A stretch of 64,000 nucleotides of DNA. It comes from Candidatus Dojkabacteria bacterium (GTDB lineage Bacteria; Patescibacteriota; Dojkabacteria; SC72; T1SED10-24). Each line of letters opens with the position of its first letter. Position 1 is the stretch's first letter. A program made the position numbers and the translations under genes. Of the stretch, positions 30,187-40,154 are shown piece by piece. The notes beneath the pieces were generated by a model that worked only from the letters and a program-made list of their open reading frames with translations, was not told the origin of the DNA and made no database searches. The DNA lies in assembly GCA_003554185.1 (NCBI GenBank), contig PWFU01000107.1, positions 2,980 through 66,979 of the forward strand, in the 5' to 3' direction.

Positions 30187-30626
30187 TATTCTGCCTTTTT
30201 GTTCATCTTTTCTATCTCCTGGGCTATTTCTTCACTATTTGATTTAAGGTATTCTAATCTCTTTTCCCAATTTTCTTTACTCCAGATTTCAATCCAGTTG
30301 TACAAGCCTACGAAGACAATTTCTTTTGATAGGTTTGCATGTTCCTTCAGATTATCTGGAATTACCACTCTGCCTTGTGAGTCATATTCAATTTGTAGAG
30401 CGGATCCTACAAGAAATCTTGTAGTATCTCTTATATTTTTGTTTATAAAAGAGCCATTAATTACTTCATTAGCTATCTTTTGCCACATTTCCTTGTTTAC
30501 CAATATCAAAGCATTCTCATATCCGCGTGTTAGTATTATTTCTTCTCCGAGTTCTTCTCTAAAAACCTTTGGTATTGCTACACGCTTTTTATTACATATT
30601 TTTGTTTTGTATTCTCCTACAAGCAT
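30186..30626 (-). CDS. mraZ: Division/cell-wall cluster regulator MraZ
   Basis: MLVGEY...KKRVAIP..FR, DSQGRVVIP, EIWS. Confidence 0.95.
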   Translation of the reverse strand: MLVGEYKTKICNKKRVAIPKVFREELGEEIILTRGYENALILVNKEMWQKIANEVINGSFINKNIRDTTRFLVGSALQIEYDSQGRVVIPDNLKEHANLSKEIVFVGLYNWIEIWSKENWEKRLEYLKSNSEEIAQEIEKMNKKAE

Positions 30627-30647
30627 ATTCCATTTTTAAAAAACAAT

Positions 30648-30703
30648 CACCACTGTTCACCACTAGGTTCCACTAATTTAACATCACTCTAAAATGATGT
30701 CAA
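30648..30703 (-). promoter_or_regulatory. mraZ promoter with three MraZ-box direct repeats
   Basis: Minus strand: TTGACA (30703-30698)-N17-TAAATT (30680-30675), then GTGGAA-N4-GTGGTG-N4-GTGGTG (30673-30648), 10-nt period. Confidence 0.8.
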
Positions 30704-30775
30704 ATATAGTTTTGGTCTTATAGTGATAATATAGGTTTAGAGAGGAAGTATCTCCGAATTACAAACACAAATCCC

Positions 30776-32059
30776 TTAGGTATTTTCTATACTAGCTCCA
30801 AGTTTGTTTAGTGTCTGTATCAATTCAGGGTATCTGCGCTTAATGGGTGTCGCATTCTCTATAGTTGTTGTTCCTTGAGCTGCTAATGCCGCTAATAACA
30901 AAGAATGTGCGCCTTGTATTATACTTGGCGATACGACTGTAGTCCCTCGAAATTTAGAAGGTCCAAATGTAATAACCTTGTTTAAATCTCCTAACTCTAC
31001 ATTGGCTCTAAGTTTTATTAATTCATTTACGAAACTGAATTGATTTTCATACATATTTTGCATAATTCTTATGCTCCCCTTGGCTTTTGCGGCTAATACT
31101 ATGACTTGAGGTGTTAGATCTACTGGGAAACCAACAGGCCAAGGATATGCTGGTATTTTATCGATGTATCCTTGTAAGTTGCTTTTGCACTTTAAATCTT
31201 GTTTTGAAGGTATAATTATATCATTCTCTTCAATTTCGTAATTTAAATTTATCTTTTCATAATACTTTAAAATCATTTCCATGTGCTCTGGAATAGCGTT
31301 CTTAATTCTCAAATTACCGTTTGTTATAGCAGCGGCAACTATTAATCCCCCTATGTCTATATGATCTGGTATGATTGTCCACTTTCCACCTTGTAAATCT
31401 TTCACTCCTTCAATAATTAGTTTGTTTGTCCCTACTCCATTTATTTTAGCCCCTATGCTGTTTAAGAAGTTACATAAATCTTGTACATGTGGCTCACATG
31501 CAGCGTTGTATATAGTTGTTGTGCCTTCAGCTAAAACACTACCTAATATTAAATTTTCTGTGCCTGTAACGGATGCTTCTAGTTGCCATATACAATCGTT
31601 TCCGGTTAATTTTTTGACACTCAATTTATATATGTTGTTTTTATCAATTTTTGCTCCAAGGTTTGTAAGACCCTTTACTAACGTATCTACTGGTCTAGCA
31701 CCCAATTTACATCCTTCAGCACTATCAACTTGAGCCTTTCCAAATCGAGCTAGTAAAGGAGCTAAAAACATCAAAGAAGCTCTTTCTTTTTTAGCTAGAT
31801 TCTTATCTATTTTTGAAGAATCAATGTTTTTTGAACATAATTCAATTGTGTTTTTATCAATATATCTTTCTTCTCCTCCAATTTTTTTGTATATCTTCAG
31901 CATTATTCTTACAGAGGAACTTCGGGGTACATTTTCGAGAATAATCTTTTTATCTGTTAATACGCAAGCAGGTATTATTGCTAGTACAGAATTTTTATTT
32001 GGTGTTGGTTTTACTTCTCCACCAATCGGATTTCCCCCTTGTATCTTTAGTGTGTTCAT
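30776..32059 (-). CDS. murA: UDP-N-acetylglucosamine 1-carboxyvinyltransferase
   Basis: KNS, RAS, GCKLGARP, SVTGTEN, NAACEP, GFPVDL. Confidence 0.93.
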   Translation of the reverse strand: MNTLKIQGGNPIGGEVKPTPNKNSVLAIIPACVLTDKKIILENVPRSSSVRIMLKIYKKIGGEERYIDKNTIELCSKNIDSSKIDKNLAKKERASLMFLAPLLARFGKAQVDSAEGCKLGARPVDTLVKGLTNLGAKIDKNNIYKLSVKKLTGNDCIWQLEASVTGTENLILGSVLAEGTTTIYNAACEPHVQDLCNFLNSIGAKINGVGTNKLIIEGVKDLQGGKWTIIPDHIDIGGLIVAAAITNGNLRIKNAIPEHMEMILKYYEKINLNYEIEENDIIIPSKQDLKCKSNLQGYIDKIPAYPWPVGFPVDLTPQVIVLAAKAKGSIRIMQNMYENQFSFVNELIKLRANVELGDLNKVITFGPSKFRGTTVVSPSIIQGAHSLLLAALAAQGTTTIENATPIKRRYPELIQTLNKLGASIENT

Positions 32060-32063
32060 TATT

Positions 32064-33215
32064 TTAATCGCTTATTTTAAAATAGTTTTGTATATCTTGT
32101 ACCTTATCGGTATTTTCCCAAGTAAAATCTGGGTCTTTTCTTCCAAAATGTCCGTAGTTTGAAGTTTTCTGGTACTTCGGAGAATCAAGTTTTAGGTGTG
32201 CTATTGCATCTCCTGGTTTTAGTGGAAAAATTTCCTTAACCATATCTGTAATTTTATTATCTTCAATTTCTGAAGTATCAAAGGTATTTACATAAACACT
32301 AACTGGTTTTGCTATACCTATCGCATAAGAAACTTGAACTTCACATTTCTTTGCAATTTTACTAGCTACAATGTTCTTTGCTATGTATCTGGCTAAATAT
32401 GCTCCTGTTCGATCAACTTTAGTTGGGTCTTTTCCTGAGAATGCTCCTCCTCCGTGTCTACAATAACCTCCATAAGTATCCATGATTATTTTTCTTCCAG
32501 TTAATCCAGAATCCGCATAAGGGCCACCTTTAGAAAATTTACCTGCCGGGTTTATATGTATTTTGGTTTCATTGTCGAGCCAGTTGTCGCAGACAGGTTT
32601 AATAACTTTTTCGCTAATATCTTTTCTGAGGTCTTTTAAATCAATCTCTTCTAGATGTTGAGCGGAAAGTACTACATTGTCTAGCCTTTTAGGCTGGTCC
32701 CCTTCATATTCTACAGTAACTTGTGTTTTACCGTCAGGCCCTAAATATTCTAATATTTTATTCTTTCTGACGTTTGTTAATTTCATTGCAAGTTTATGAG
32801 CTAGATCTATGGGTAGAGGCATGAGCTCATTAGTTTCTTGGCAAGCATATCCAAACATCATTCCTTGATCTCCAGCACCAAGTTCATCTCCCTGGATACC
32901 TTCAGAAATGTCTGGCGATTGTTCTTGTATGTGTACCAAAGTGGCTGTTTTATCCCAAATCATTCCGAATTCCTCTCGTGTATACCCTATATCTCTTAAA
33001 GTTTCTCTCGCTATTTTATTGAAATCAATATTACTTTTAGCAGTGATTTCACCCATCATTAAGATCATTCCGGTTTTGGTGCAAGTTTCTACTGCTACTC
33101 TACTCTGAGGGTCGTGTTTAAGACATTCATCCAAAATCCTATCACTGATTTGATCACAAATCTTATCAGGATGTCCCTCCGTAACACTTTCTGAAGAAAA
33201 GAGAGACTTTTGCAT
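32064..33215 (-). CDS. metK: S-adenosylmethionine synthetase
   Basis: [47 protein letters not shown]. Confidence 0.98.
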   Translation of the reverse strand: MQKSLFSSESVTEGHPDKICDQISDRILDECLKHDPQSRVAVETCTKTGMILMMGEITAKSNIDFNKIARETLRDIGYTREEFGMIWDKTATLVHIQEQSPDISEGIQGDELGAGDQGMMFGYACQETNELMPLPIDLAHKLAMKLTNVRKNKILEYLGPDGKTQVTVEYEGDQPKRLDNVVLSAQHLEEIDLKDLRKDISEKVIKPVCDNWLDNETKIHINPAGKFSKGGPYADSGLTGRKIIMDTYGGYCRHGGGAFSGKDPTKVDRTGAYLARYIAKNIVASKIAKKCEVQVSYAIGIAKPVSVYVNTFDTSEIEDNKITDMVKEIFPLKPGDAIAHLKLDSPKYQKTSNYGHFGRKDPDFTWENTDKVQDIQNYFKISD

Positions 33216-33269
33216 AGATTGTTTCTATCTAATATATTATACTCTGCTAACTATTTTACACAATTTTTT

Positions 33270-34331
33270 ATGAAAATTAAAAAGAATTTTTCAATAAAAG
33301 ATTTTAATACCTTTTCAGTAGATGTTAAAGCCAAATATTTTGTTGAGATATCAGACATTGATGAGTTAAAGAAAATTTTAAAAGATTTTTCAAATGAAAA
33401 AAAAATATTCTTAGGAGAAGGAACTAACACTCTTTTTGTAAAAGATTGGGATGGTATCGTAGTTAAAATCAATTTTTTGGGTAAAGAAATTGTAAATGAA
33501 AATGAAAATAATATTTTTGTAAAAGTAAATGCTGGAGAAAATTGGAGTGATTTTGTTGATTGGGCTGTAGAAAAAAATTACGCTGGAATTGAAGGCATGG
33601 TAATGATTCCAGGAACGCTAGGAGGCGCTGTAACGCAGAGTATAGGGGCGTATGGTCAAGAAGTAAAAGATGTATTGAGTAGTATAGAGGTATTGGATAT
33701 TGAAAAGCATAAAATTTTTAAGTTAAAACCTGAAGAGTGTGATTTTTCATACAGATATAGTAACTTTAAAGGAGATTGGAAGAATAAATATATTGTTATT
33801 GCTTCCACTGTTAGGTTGGACAAAGGCCCTTCATTGTATTCCCTGGCCTATTCAAAAAAGTATGGTAGGTACAAATCGGTTTATGAGGATTTAGAAAAAA
33901 TGGTTGGAGATAAATATACTATTCAAGATTTTGCCCAAGCGATTAAAAGACAGAGGGAAAAGAAATTACCTGATCTGGAAGAGTTTGGGTCTTGTGGTAG
34001 TTTTTTTAAAAACCCTGTTGTCGATTTTAAAAAATATGAGGAATTAGAACAAAAGATACCAGATTTACAACCTTATCCTTTAGATAATTTGGGAGAAAAA
34101 TGGTTTAAAATCCCAGCGGGTAAATTATTAGATGAATTGGGATTGAAGGGATATTGGAATGATAATGTTGGTGTATTTGAAAAACATGCTTTATGTATTG
34201 TTACAAACAAAAATGCATCTGGAACAGAAATTGTTGATTTGGCTAATAGGATGAAAAAAAGTGTAGAAAAAAATTATGGTGTAGAGTTAGTTGAGGAAGT
34301 AGATGTTTTACCTAAGCACTTTTCTACATAG
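33270..34331 (+). CDS. murB: UDP-N-acetylenolpyruvoylglucosamine reductase
   Basis: LGEGTNTLF, IPGTLGGA...GAYG, FSYRYSNFK, GSFFKNP, KHAL, EV; ATG 33270 avoids overlap with metK. Confidence 0.95.
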   Translation: MKIKKNFSIKDFNTFSVDVKAKYFVEISDIDELKKILKDFSNEKKIFLGEGTNTLFVKDWDGIVVKINFLGKEIVNENENNIFVKVNAGENWSDFVDWAVEKNYAGIEGMVMIPGTLGGAVTQSIGAYGQEVKDVLSSIEVLDIEKHKIFKLKPEECDFSYRYSNFKGDWKNKYIVIASTVRLDKGPSLYSLAYSKKYGRYKSVYEDLEKMVGDKYTIQDFAQAIKRQREKKLPDLEEFGSCGSFFKNPVVDFKKYEELEQKIPDLQPYPLDNLGEKWFKIPAGKLLDELGLKGYWNDNVGVFEKHALCIVTNKNASGTEIVDLANRMKKSVEKNYGVELVEEVDVLPKHFST

Positions 34332-34337
34332 GTAACT

Positions 34338-34523
34338 TCATTTTTTATCTTTTTCACACTTGTACCTTCGAGATTTCTTGAATTCGCAGTTCTCTTTTTT
34401 CAGAATGTTCCTTTCCGCTCCAAGAGCGTGTGGGTAGTCTTTTTCAGCTTCATCCATCGTTTCATTTTCACCTTCTTCATATGTATCTCTTTTTATAATA
34501 CCCGGATCTTTTTCTGCTTCCAT
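34338..34523 (-). CDS. Small hypothetical protein
   Basis: 61-aa charged ORF downstream of the Mur ligase; fills an otherwise empty gap. Confidence 0.4.
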   Translation of the reverse strand: MEAEKDPGIIKRDTYEEGENETMDEAEKDYPHALGAERNILKKENCEFKKSRRYKCEKDKK

Positions 34524-34574
34524 TTTTCTTTTACTTAATAAATTTACACGTTCCGGATTTTATCACATTTTCAT

Positions 34575-35981
34575 CTATATGTGTATTGTTTTATTCACTA
34601 ATTCCCCCCAATCTCCAGCACTCATAAACACAATTAATGTATTTGGACCAGAGTTCTCTTTCAAAAATTTTATAATCTGTTCTTGCCTTGGAAAGTAATA
34701 TTTTTCCTTGTGTTCTATAGCATCAAGAATGTCTATGCCGTGGACTCTATCTTCTTTTTTTGTGTTTTTTTTAACAGTTATTTTTGGAATTATGACTACA
34801 TCAGATTCAGAAAAAACATCTTTGTACCAGTCTAGGACTTTTTTAGAATTCATTTCAGAAGTTCTTGGTGAGTAGAATGTAATAATTTTTTCGTTCTTGT
34901 ATCTTGTTCTTAAAGCCTCCAATGTAGATTTTGCTTTTACTGGAGAATGTGCAAAATCGTCAATTATTGTTGCTCCTTTTGAATTTTTCCCAATAATTTC
35001 TAATCTCCTTTTTACTCCTTTAAAGGTTTTTATACCTTCTCTAATATCCTCGACTTTAATTCCCAAATTGTATAGTAAAGATATAGCTGCTAAACAATTC
35101 TCTATATTATGTTTACCTAATAATGTTGTCTCGAATTTTCCCAAGTTTTTTTGTCCCTTTTTAATCTCAAAAGATGTTTTCTTTTTTTGATGTTGTATAT
35201 TGTTCACTCTAAAATCTCCGCCTGTTCCATAGAGAAACGTATTTTTTTGGTTCTGATCTACTAAATTTTCATTATTCTGCCCTTGAGTTGATATGTACAG
35301 AGATCCATTTTTTTCTTTTGTGAGTTTAACTAGAGATTTGTATGCATCTACGTATGCTTTTTCAGTTGAATACATATTGAGATGATCCCACTGAGCGGCT
35401 GTTATTATAGTGTGTTTGGGTTTATAGTACATAAATTTTGGTGTCATATCAAAGCCAAATGAAGCTGCGAATTCATCTCCTTCAACTACAGAAAACTCAG
35501 ATTCTGTTTTTTTGATGCCTTGTTCGAAGTTTAAGGGTTGTCCCCCTATTAAAAACGAAGGTTCCTTTTTTGCTACTTCTAATATCCAAGCAATAATGGA
35601 GGTTATTGTAGTTTTTCCGTAGGTACCGGCAACTACTATGGATTCTTCTTTTACAATATGTTTACCAACTAAATAAGTGAAACTTTCTATTCTTTTTCCT
35701 AGTTGTTTAGCTTCAAGGTATTCTTCATTCTCTGGATTTTTTATTAACATAGATCCTCCGATTATTACCAAATCGGCGTCTTTAACTCTTTCAGGTTTTG
35801 TGCCTTCATACCAATCCACTTTATTTTTCTCAAGCAATGAAAGTGCAGGATCATAGATCTTCTCATCAGATCCGGATATCTTGTAACCTTCTTTTTTAAG
35901 CATAACAGCAAGGGAAGATATTGCTGAACCTCCTATGCCTATGAAGTGGATTTTGTTATATTTTTTATGACAGTTTTTCAT
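34575..35981 (-). CDS. MurC/Mpl-family Mur ligase (Mpl-like)
   Basis: IHFIGIGG...GSD, VAGTYGKTT, FLIGG, EGDE...PKFMYYKP, FKGVKRRLE, DDFAHSP; FLIGG/KF.Y.P/DDFAH fit Mpl better than MurC. Confidence 0.85.
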   Translation of the reverse strand: MKNCHKKYNKIHFIGIGGSAISSLAVMLKKEGYKISGSDEKIYDPALSLLEKNKVDWYEGTKPERVKDADLVIIGGSMLIKNPENEEYLEAKQLGKRIESFTYLVGKHIVKEESIVVAGTYGKTTITSIIAWILEVAKKEPSFLIGGQPLNFEQGIKKTESEFSVVEGDEFAASFGFDMTPKFMYYKPKHTIITAAQWDHLNMYSTEKAYVDAYKSLVKLTKEKNGSLYISTQGQNNENLVDQNQKNTFLYGTGGDFRVNNIQHQKKKTSFEIKKGQKNLGKFETTLLGKHNIENCLAAISLLYNLGIKVEDIREGIKTFKGVKRRLEIIGKNSKGATIIDDFAHSPVKAKSTLEALRTRYKNEKIITFYSPRTSEMNSKKVLDWYKDVFSESDVVIIPKITVKKNTKKEDRVHGIDILDAIEHKEKYYFPRQEQIIKFLKENSGPNTLIVFMSAGDWGELVNKTIHI

Positions 35982-36663
35982 TATCTCCTTTTATTTTGTT
36001 TTTTAAATCATCAATATCTGTAGACCAACTTTCTCCATCAAACCATTCCAAACCCTTGAATTGTGTTTTGTATAGTGATTGTTCTGTATACACAGTTCCT
36101 AAATATATGTAAGATTTTTGTTTTTCTTTAGCATGCAATATTGCTTTTAACATCATTCCCATACCTATATTAGAGCCTATTAAATTTTTATCATAAAAAG
36201 GGTATGCATAATGCAGTGTTCTATCTTCCTCCATGGCTATACAGTACCCTACTGTCTGCTCTTCTTCTTTGTATATTAGTAAGTTTGTAAATATTTGTTC
36301 TTCGAATATTTGTCTAATCTTGGGTGTACTAATTATCTTTTTATTAAATTTTGTTTTAAAGTATTCTGTAGCAAACTTGGCGATATCATGAGTGTATTCG
36401 AAATCAGCAATTTCTTTATTTTCTATGGTTAAATTTTTCTGCTTTTTTAGTATTCGTCTATTTTCACTAGTAAGTTCAAAACTATTAAGATTAATTCTAA
36501 TGTTGCGGGAGAGATAAAAAAGGTTTTTTCTCCTTCTAGTTGGTAAAAAGCCCTTTTCATAAATATCGTCGATGTTGTCTTGTTCTTCTTTTTCAAGATA
36601 TACTAGATAAGGGTAATCGTATTCCTGTAATCGGTTTGAATATTCTTTGAATAGATATTGCAT
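35965..36663 (-). CDS. ATE/Bpt-like aminoacyl-tRNA-dependent transferase (GNAT fold)
   Basis: N-terminal GF..R...RI.L..F and C-terminal Y.FYD.....IG...L..I..AK......YIYLG......YK..F resemble arginyl-tRNA-protein transferase domains. Confidence 0.7.
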   Translation of the reverse strand: MQYLFKEYSNRLQEYDYPYLVYLEKEEQDNIDDIYEKGFLPTRRRKNLFYLSRNIRINLNSFELTSENRRILKKQKNLTIENKEIADFEYTHDIAKFATEYFKTKFNKKIISTPKIRQIFEEQIFTNLLIYKEEEQTVGYCIAMEEDRTLHYAYPFYDKNLIGSNIGMGMMLKAILHAKEKQKSYIYLGTVYTEQSLYKTQFKGLEWFDGESWSTDIDDLKNKIKGDNEKLS

Positions 36664-36730
36664 AATAATTATAGTTGATTTTGTAAACTTGATAGATTTT
36701 AAAATCTAGTATAGTATATAATAGATTATT

Positions 36731-38125
36731 ATGAAAAAAAATATTCTGATATCAAAAATTATTGTTTTGCTAATTGTTTTCTTCCTTTTTGGCTCAGTTT
36801 TGGTGACTTTTGCTGATTCGGGAGTTTTACTTGATGGCATTAGAGTTACAGAGAAGGAGAAAGATGATGAAGTTGATTTTAATCTCTCCAGCATTTCTTA
36901 TGAGATAGAAGATGGTTTTGTAGATATCTATGGTATTGATATCCAGACGGATTTAGAAGTTAATGAGGTTTTGTACTCCCTTGATGGTGGGATTAGTTGG
37001 AGTAAAGCCGAGGATTTGAGATTTGATCTTCTAGACGAGGAGATGTATTCAGAAAGATCGGTTCTCAATTTAAAGGTTATTACTGATCAAGAGGAATCTT
37101 TTACTTCTGTTGATAAACATATTATTGATGATGAAGTAGGAGAAAAAATTTTGGGATATTTTTTTAGAAGTAATGAAGAACCTGTTGTTATGAACAACGA
37201 AGGTGATGTTCTGTTTAACCCTAATCATGATTTAGAAATATTTGTGGAAACTTCTCATTCTGTTTCTGAAGTAAAAGTAGGCTATGATGATGATTATACG
37301 GATTTAACATACAACTATACTACGCAACTCTGGCAAGGTATTGTATTAGAAGATGTTTTAGATGCAAAGGAGAATTCCCTTGAAGTAGTTGTAGGAGAAA
37401 AGTCTCTAAGCTTACCTGATGTGTTGAATGTTAAATATCTTGATGAAGGAGAAAATAGAATGTTTGGGGATTACAGTATTTATTATTTTAATGGGTATGA
37501 GTGGAGGTCTATGGAGTATTCCGAAGAAGATTTAGATTATTCCATATTTACTATGGTGCCAGGTGAATACTATGTTAGGGTTGAGCAAGATGGTAGAGAT
37601 TTGTATTCCCCTATTTTTGAACTTGATGAAAGAACTGTGGTGTCTTTTTCATCTACGGACGATTCTTTTGGCTTGTTATTTTTTTGGCTTGAGAAGTACT
37701 TTCTATCTTTAGAAACTAATTTTTTTGCATCAGATTATATGGCTGTTGAAGCTTACTCTTCTTATGATGTGGCTGATTTTGTAGAATTAGAGGATTATGT
37801 AGATGGTGATAAAGATACAATATTCTTATATATAAATGCATGGAATCCTCTATACAAAAATTATTTAGAGAAATTTATTGATTATAGTGATAACTTTGAA
37901 ATATTATTATTAACTGATTCTAAAAATTATCAAACTTTGAAAGTCGGAATTAGAGATTATGACACTTCGTTAGAATTATATGAGATAGAACAAGAAGATT
38001 TAGATGTTCTTGGAGATAAACAACCAAAGATCTATTTATATGACTCTAACGATAATACAATATTTGGTTTTCAGGGTACGAACTTATTAAGAGTTTTAGA
38101 TAATTTTATTTCAGAAAATCTTTAG
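36731..38125 (+). CDS. Exported, highly acidic hypothetical protein
   Basis: Signal/TM N-terminus, D/E-rich beta-type body, possible Cys-less thioredoxin-like C-terminus (LYINAWNP). Confidence 0.7.
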   Translation: MKKNILISKIIVLLIVFFLFGSVLVTFADSGVLLDGIRVTEKEKDDEVDFNLSSISYEIEDGFVDIYGIDIQTDLEVNEVLYSLDGGISWSKAEDLRFDLLDEEMYSERSVLNLKVITDQEESFTSVDKHIIDDEVGEKILGYFFRSNEEPVVMNNEGDVLFNPNHDLEIFVETSHSVSEVKVGYDDDYTDLTYNYTTQLWQGIVLEDVLDAKENSLEVVVGEKSLSLPDVLNVKYLDEGENRMFGDYSIYYFNGYEWRSMEYSEEDLDYSIFTMVPGEYYVRVEQDGRDLYSPIFELDERTVVSFSSTDDSFGLLFFWLEKYFLSLETNFFASDYMAVEAYSSYDVADFVELEDYVDGDKDTIFLYINAWNPLYKNYLEKFIDYSDNFEILLLTDSKNYQTLKVGIRDYDTSLELYEIEQEDLDVLGDKQPKIYLYDSNDNTIFGFQGTNLLRVLDNFISENL

Positions 38126-38131
38126 GGTGTT

Positions 38132-39697
38132 ATGTTACAAAACCTTTTATTAATAAATCTTTTTTTAATAGCGAATGCATTGATTACTTTAGCATTTGTT
38201 CTTTACGGTTGGGTTTACCTGGATTTATATTTACAAAGGAAGAAAAAGAATGCTTTGTGTATAGGTTTGGGTGCTTGGATTTTAGCTCTCTCTTTTCTAT
38301 CCGCAATCTATTTTGAATTAAGAGAAGTTGGGATTTTAAAAGAATATATATTTCTTTCTCTGCAATTTATTGGTTTGTTATCAATTGCATATGGTTATAG
38401 TCAGGAAAAAATTCCTGTTGAACCAAAACTTTCTACTTCCAAAAAGAAGCATAAGAGAGGGAAAACGACCAAACTAAAATCTGTTTTCTTACCTTTCTGG
38501 GTTGCTTTTGGTTTTGTTGCAAATTTTTTCTTAGCGGTTTTTACTACTACAAAGATATTACATAAAATAAATTATGGGCGTAGTAAAGAGTATCGTCCCT
38601 TAATGTATTTTTGGCTAATAATTTCTTTTATTCTGCTCTTAAATGTTGTAGCTCTCTTTGGTAATCAAAGATTTCCTTTTATTGAAATTTCTTTGATGAA
38701 ATTCTCTTTTGTTTGGACTGTATTGCAGATACTTCTACTGGTTTGTTTTGTTTTGATGTATAGATGGATAAGTTTGTTTTTATCTTTTAGAAACTTTACG
38801 AAGGTATTATTTAATCTTTGGAGTTTTTCAATAATTTTATGTGTGATTATAGTTTCCATCTTCATTTCTATAAATATTCCAACTTACGAGGAAGAAGTTT
38901 CAAAGGTCTTGAGAAGTAGTGGTAGAATGATTGAATTCAATATTGAAAATGCTCAAAAAGCTAATTTAAGTGTATTAGAGGTCATATCTACAGATGATGA
39001 TATCATGCGAGGGATAAAAGAGAAGGATATCTCTTTGTTGGATGATAAGCTAAGGTTTATGTCATTGAATAACCAAAACCTTGATCATCTACTAATTACT
39101 GACGCTGAGGGAAGGATAGTTTATGATTTGGCTAGTGGGGAAAGCTTTGACGAGTTGATTTCTGGGAACGAAATTTTAATGGAGGCTTTGAGTAACAAGG
39201 AAAAGAGTAGTGGTTATTGGGTTGAAAATGAAGGAACTATAATGGAAAGGCTTGGTTATCAAAATGTTGTACCTGTCTTTGATGATGGTGTATTTGTAGG
39301 CTTGATTTCTGCAACAAAATATCTAGATGGCAGTTTTTTGAATCGATTAACTAGTTATACCCAACAGGATTTTCTATTAGTTGATGATACTTGGCGCATA
39401 TTGGATTCTTCTCTCTCTCAAGATTTAGAATTTGATGATGTTATTCGTATAAATAGGGTTCGTGCTTTAGATGAAGAAGGTTCTGTTATGGTTGAAATAA
39501 ATAATAACGCTTATTTGGGGTATTATGTAGATTTTGAAGAAAAGGGAGGTTTGCTTAGCTTGGCTCCTTATGATTTAGTAGCTTCAACTGCTGAAAATTC
39601 TATGTACAGAACGTCCTTCTATGCAGTTTTGATTAGTCTCCTAGCCATAGTACCTAGCTATTATTTTGCTAGGAAGATTGAAAGAGAATGGGCTTAA
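38132..39697 (+). CDS. Multi-TM membrane protein with extracytoplasmic Cache-like domain and no output domain
   Basis: About 7-8 TM helices, then LLITDAEGRIV...VVPVFDDGVFVGLI (Cache-like), a final TM and a ~10-aa tail. Confidence 0.7.
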   Translation: MLQNLLLINLFLIANALITLAFVLYGWVYLDLYLQRKKKNALCIGLGAWILALSFLSAIYFELREVGILKEYIFLSLQFIGLLSIAYGYSQEKIPVEPKLSTSKKKHKRGKTTKLKSVFLPFWVAFGFVANFFLAVFTTTKILHKINYGRSKEYRPLMYFWLIISFILLLNVVALFGNQRFPFIEISLMKFSFVWTVLQILLLVCFVLMYRWISLFLSFRNFTKVLFNLWSFSIILCVIIVSIFISINIPTYEEEVSKVLRSSGRMIEFNIENAQKANLSVLEVISTDDDIMRGIKEKDISLLDDKLRFMSLNNQNLDHLLITDAEGRIVYDLASGESFDELISGNEILMEALSNKEKSSGYWVENEGTIMERLGYQNVVPVFDDGVFVGLISATKYLDGSFLNRLTSYTQQDFLLVDDTWRILDSSLSQDLEFDDVIRINRVRALDEEGSVMVEINNNAYLGYYVDFEEKGGLLSLAPYDLVASTAENSMYRTSFYAVLISLLAIVPSYYFARKIEREWA

Positions 39698-40092
39698 TCT
39701 GTAGTTAGGTTCTTTTTCCCCTGTGCTTGTAAAATTTCTTTTACTTTTTTAACAACATCGGCGGGTATTAGCTCACTCTTGACCAAGTAACTAATAGCTC
39801 CCAAATTTATAGCTTCTTCTACATATTGTTCGTCAGACATATTTGTGAGCATTATTACAGGTATATCTTTTGTGGTTTGGGATTCCTTTAACTCCTTTAG
39901 TGCTTCAATACCATTTTTAACGGGCATCATTATATCAAGCAGAATAATATCAGGTTTTATTTCATTGGCTATTTTGACACCTTTTTCTCCGTTTTCTGCT
40001 ATATGACATTCATAACCATCAGCTTTAAATTTTCTAGAATACATCTGTGTTAACAAATATTCATCTTCGACTAATAGTACTTTTATGCTCAT
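39694..40092 (-). CDS. Single-domain response regulator (CheY-like)
   Basis: VLLVEDE, PDIILLDIMMP..NG, PVIMLTN, YLVK. Confidence 0.93.
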   Translation of the reverse strand: MSIKVLLVEDEYLLTQMYSRKFKADGYECHIAENGEKGVKIANEIKPDIILLDIMMPVKNGIEALKELKESQTTKDIPVIMLTNMSDEQYVEEAINLGAISYLVKSELIPADVVKKVKEILQAQGKKNLTTD

Positions 40093-40154
40093 TTTTATTC
40101 TTTTTATAACTTAAACTAATTCTAGTATAGATGTTAAATGCTAAAGGGTCAACA

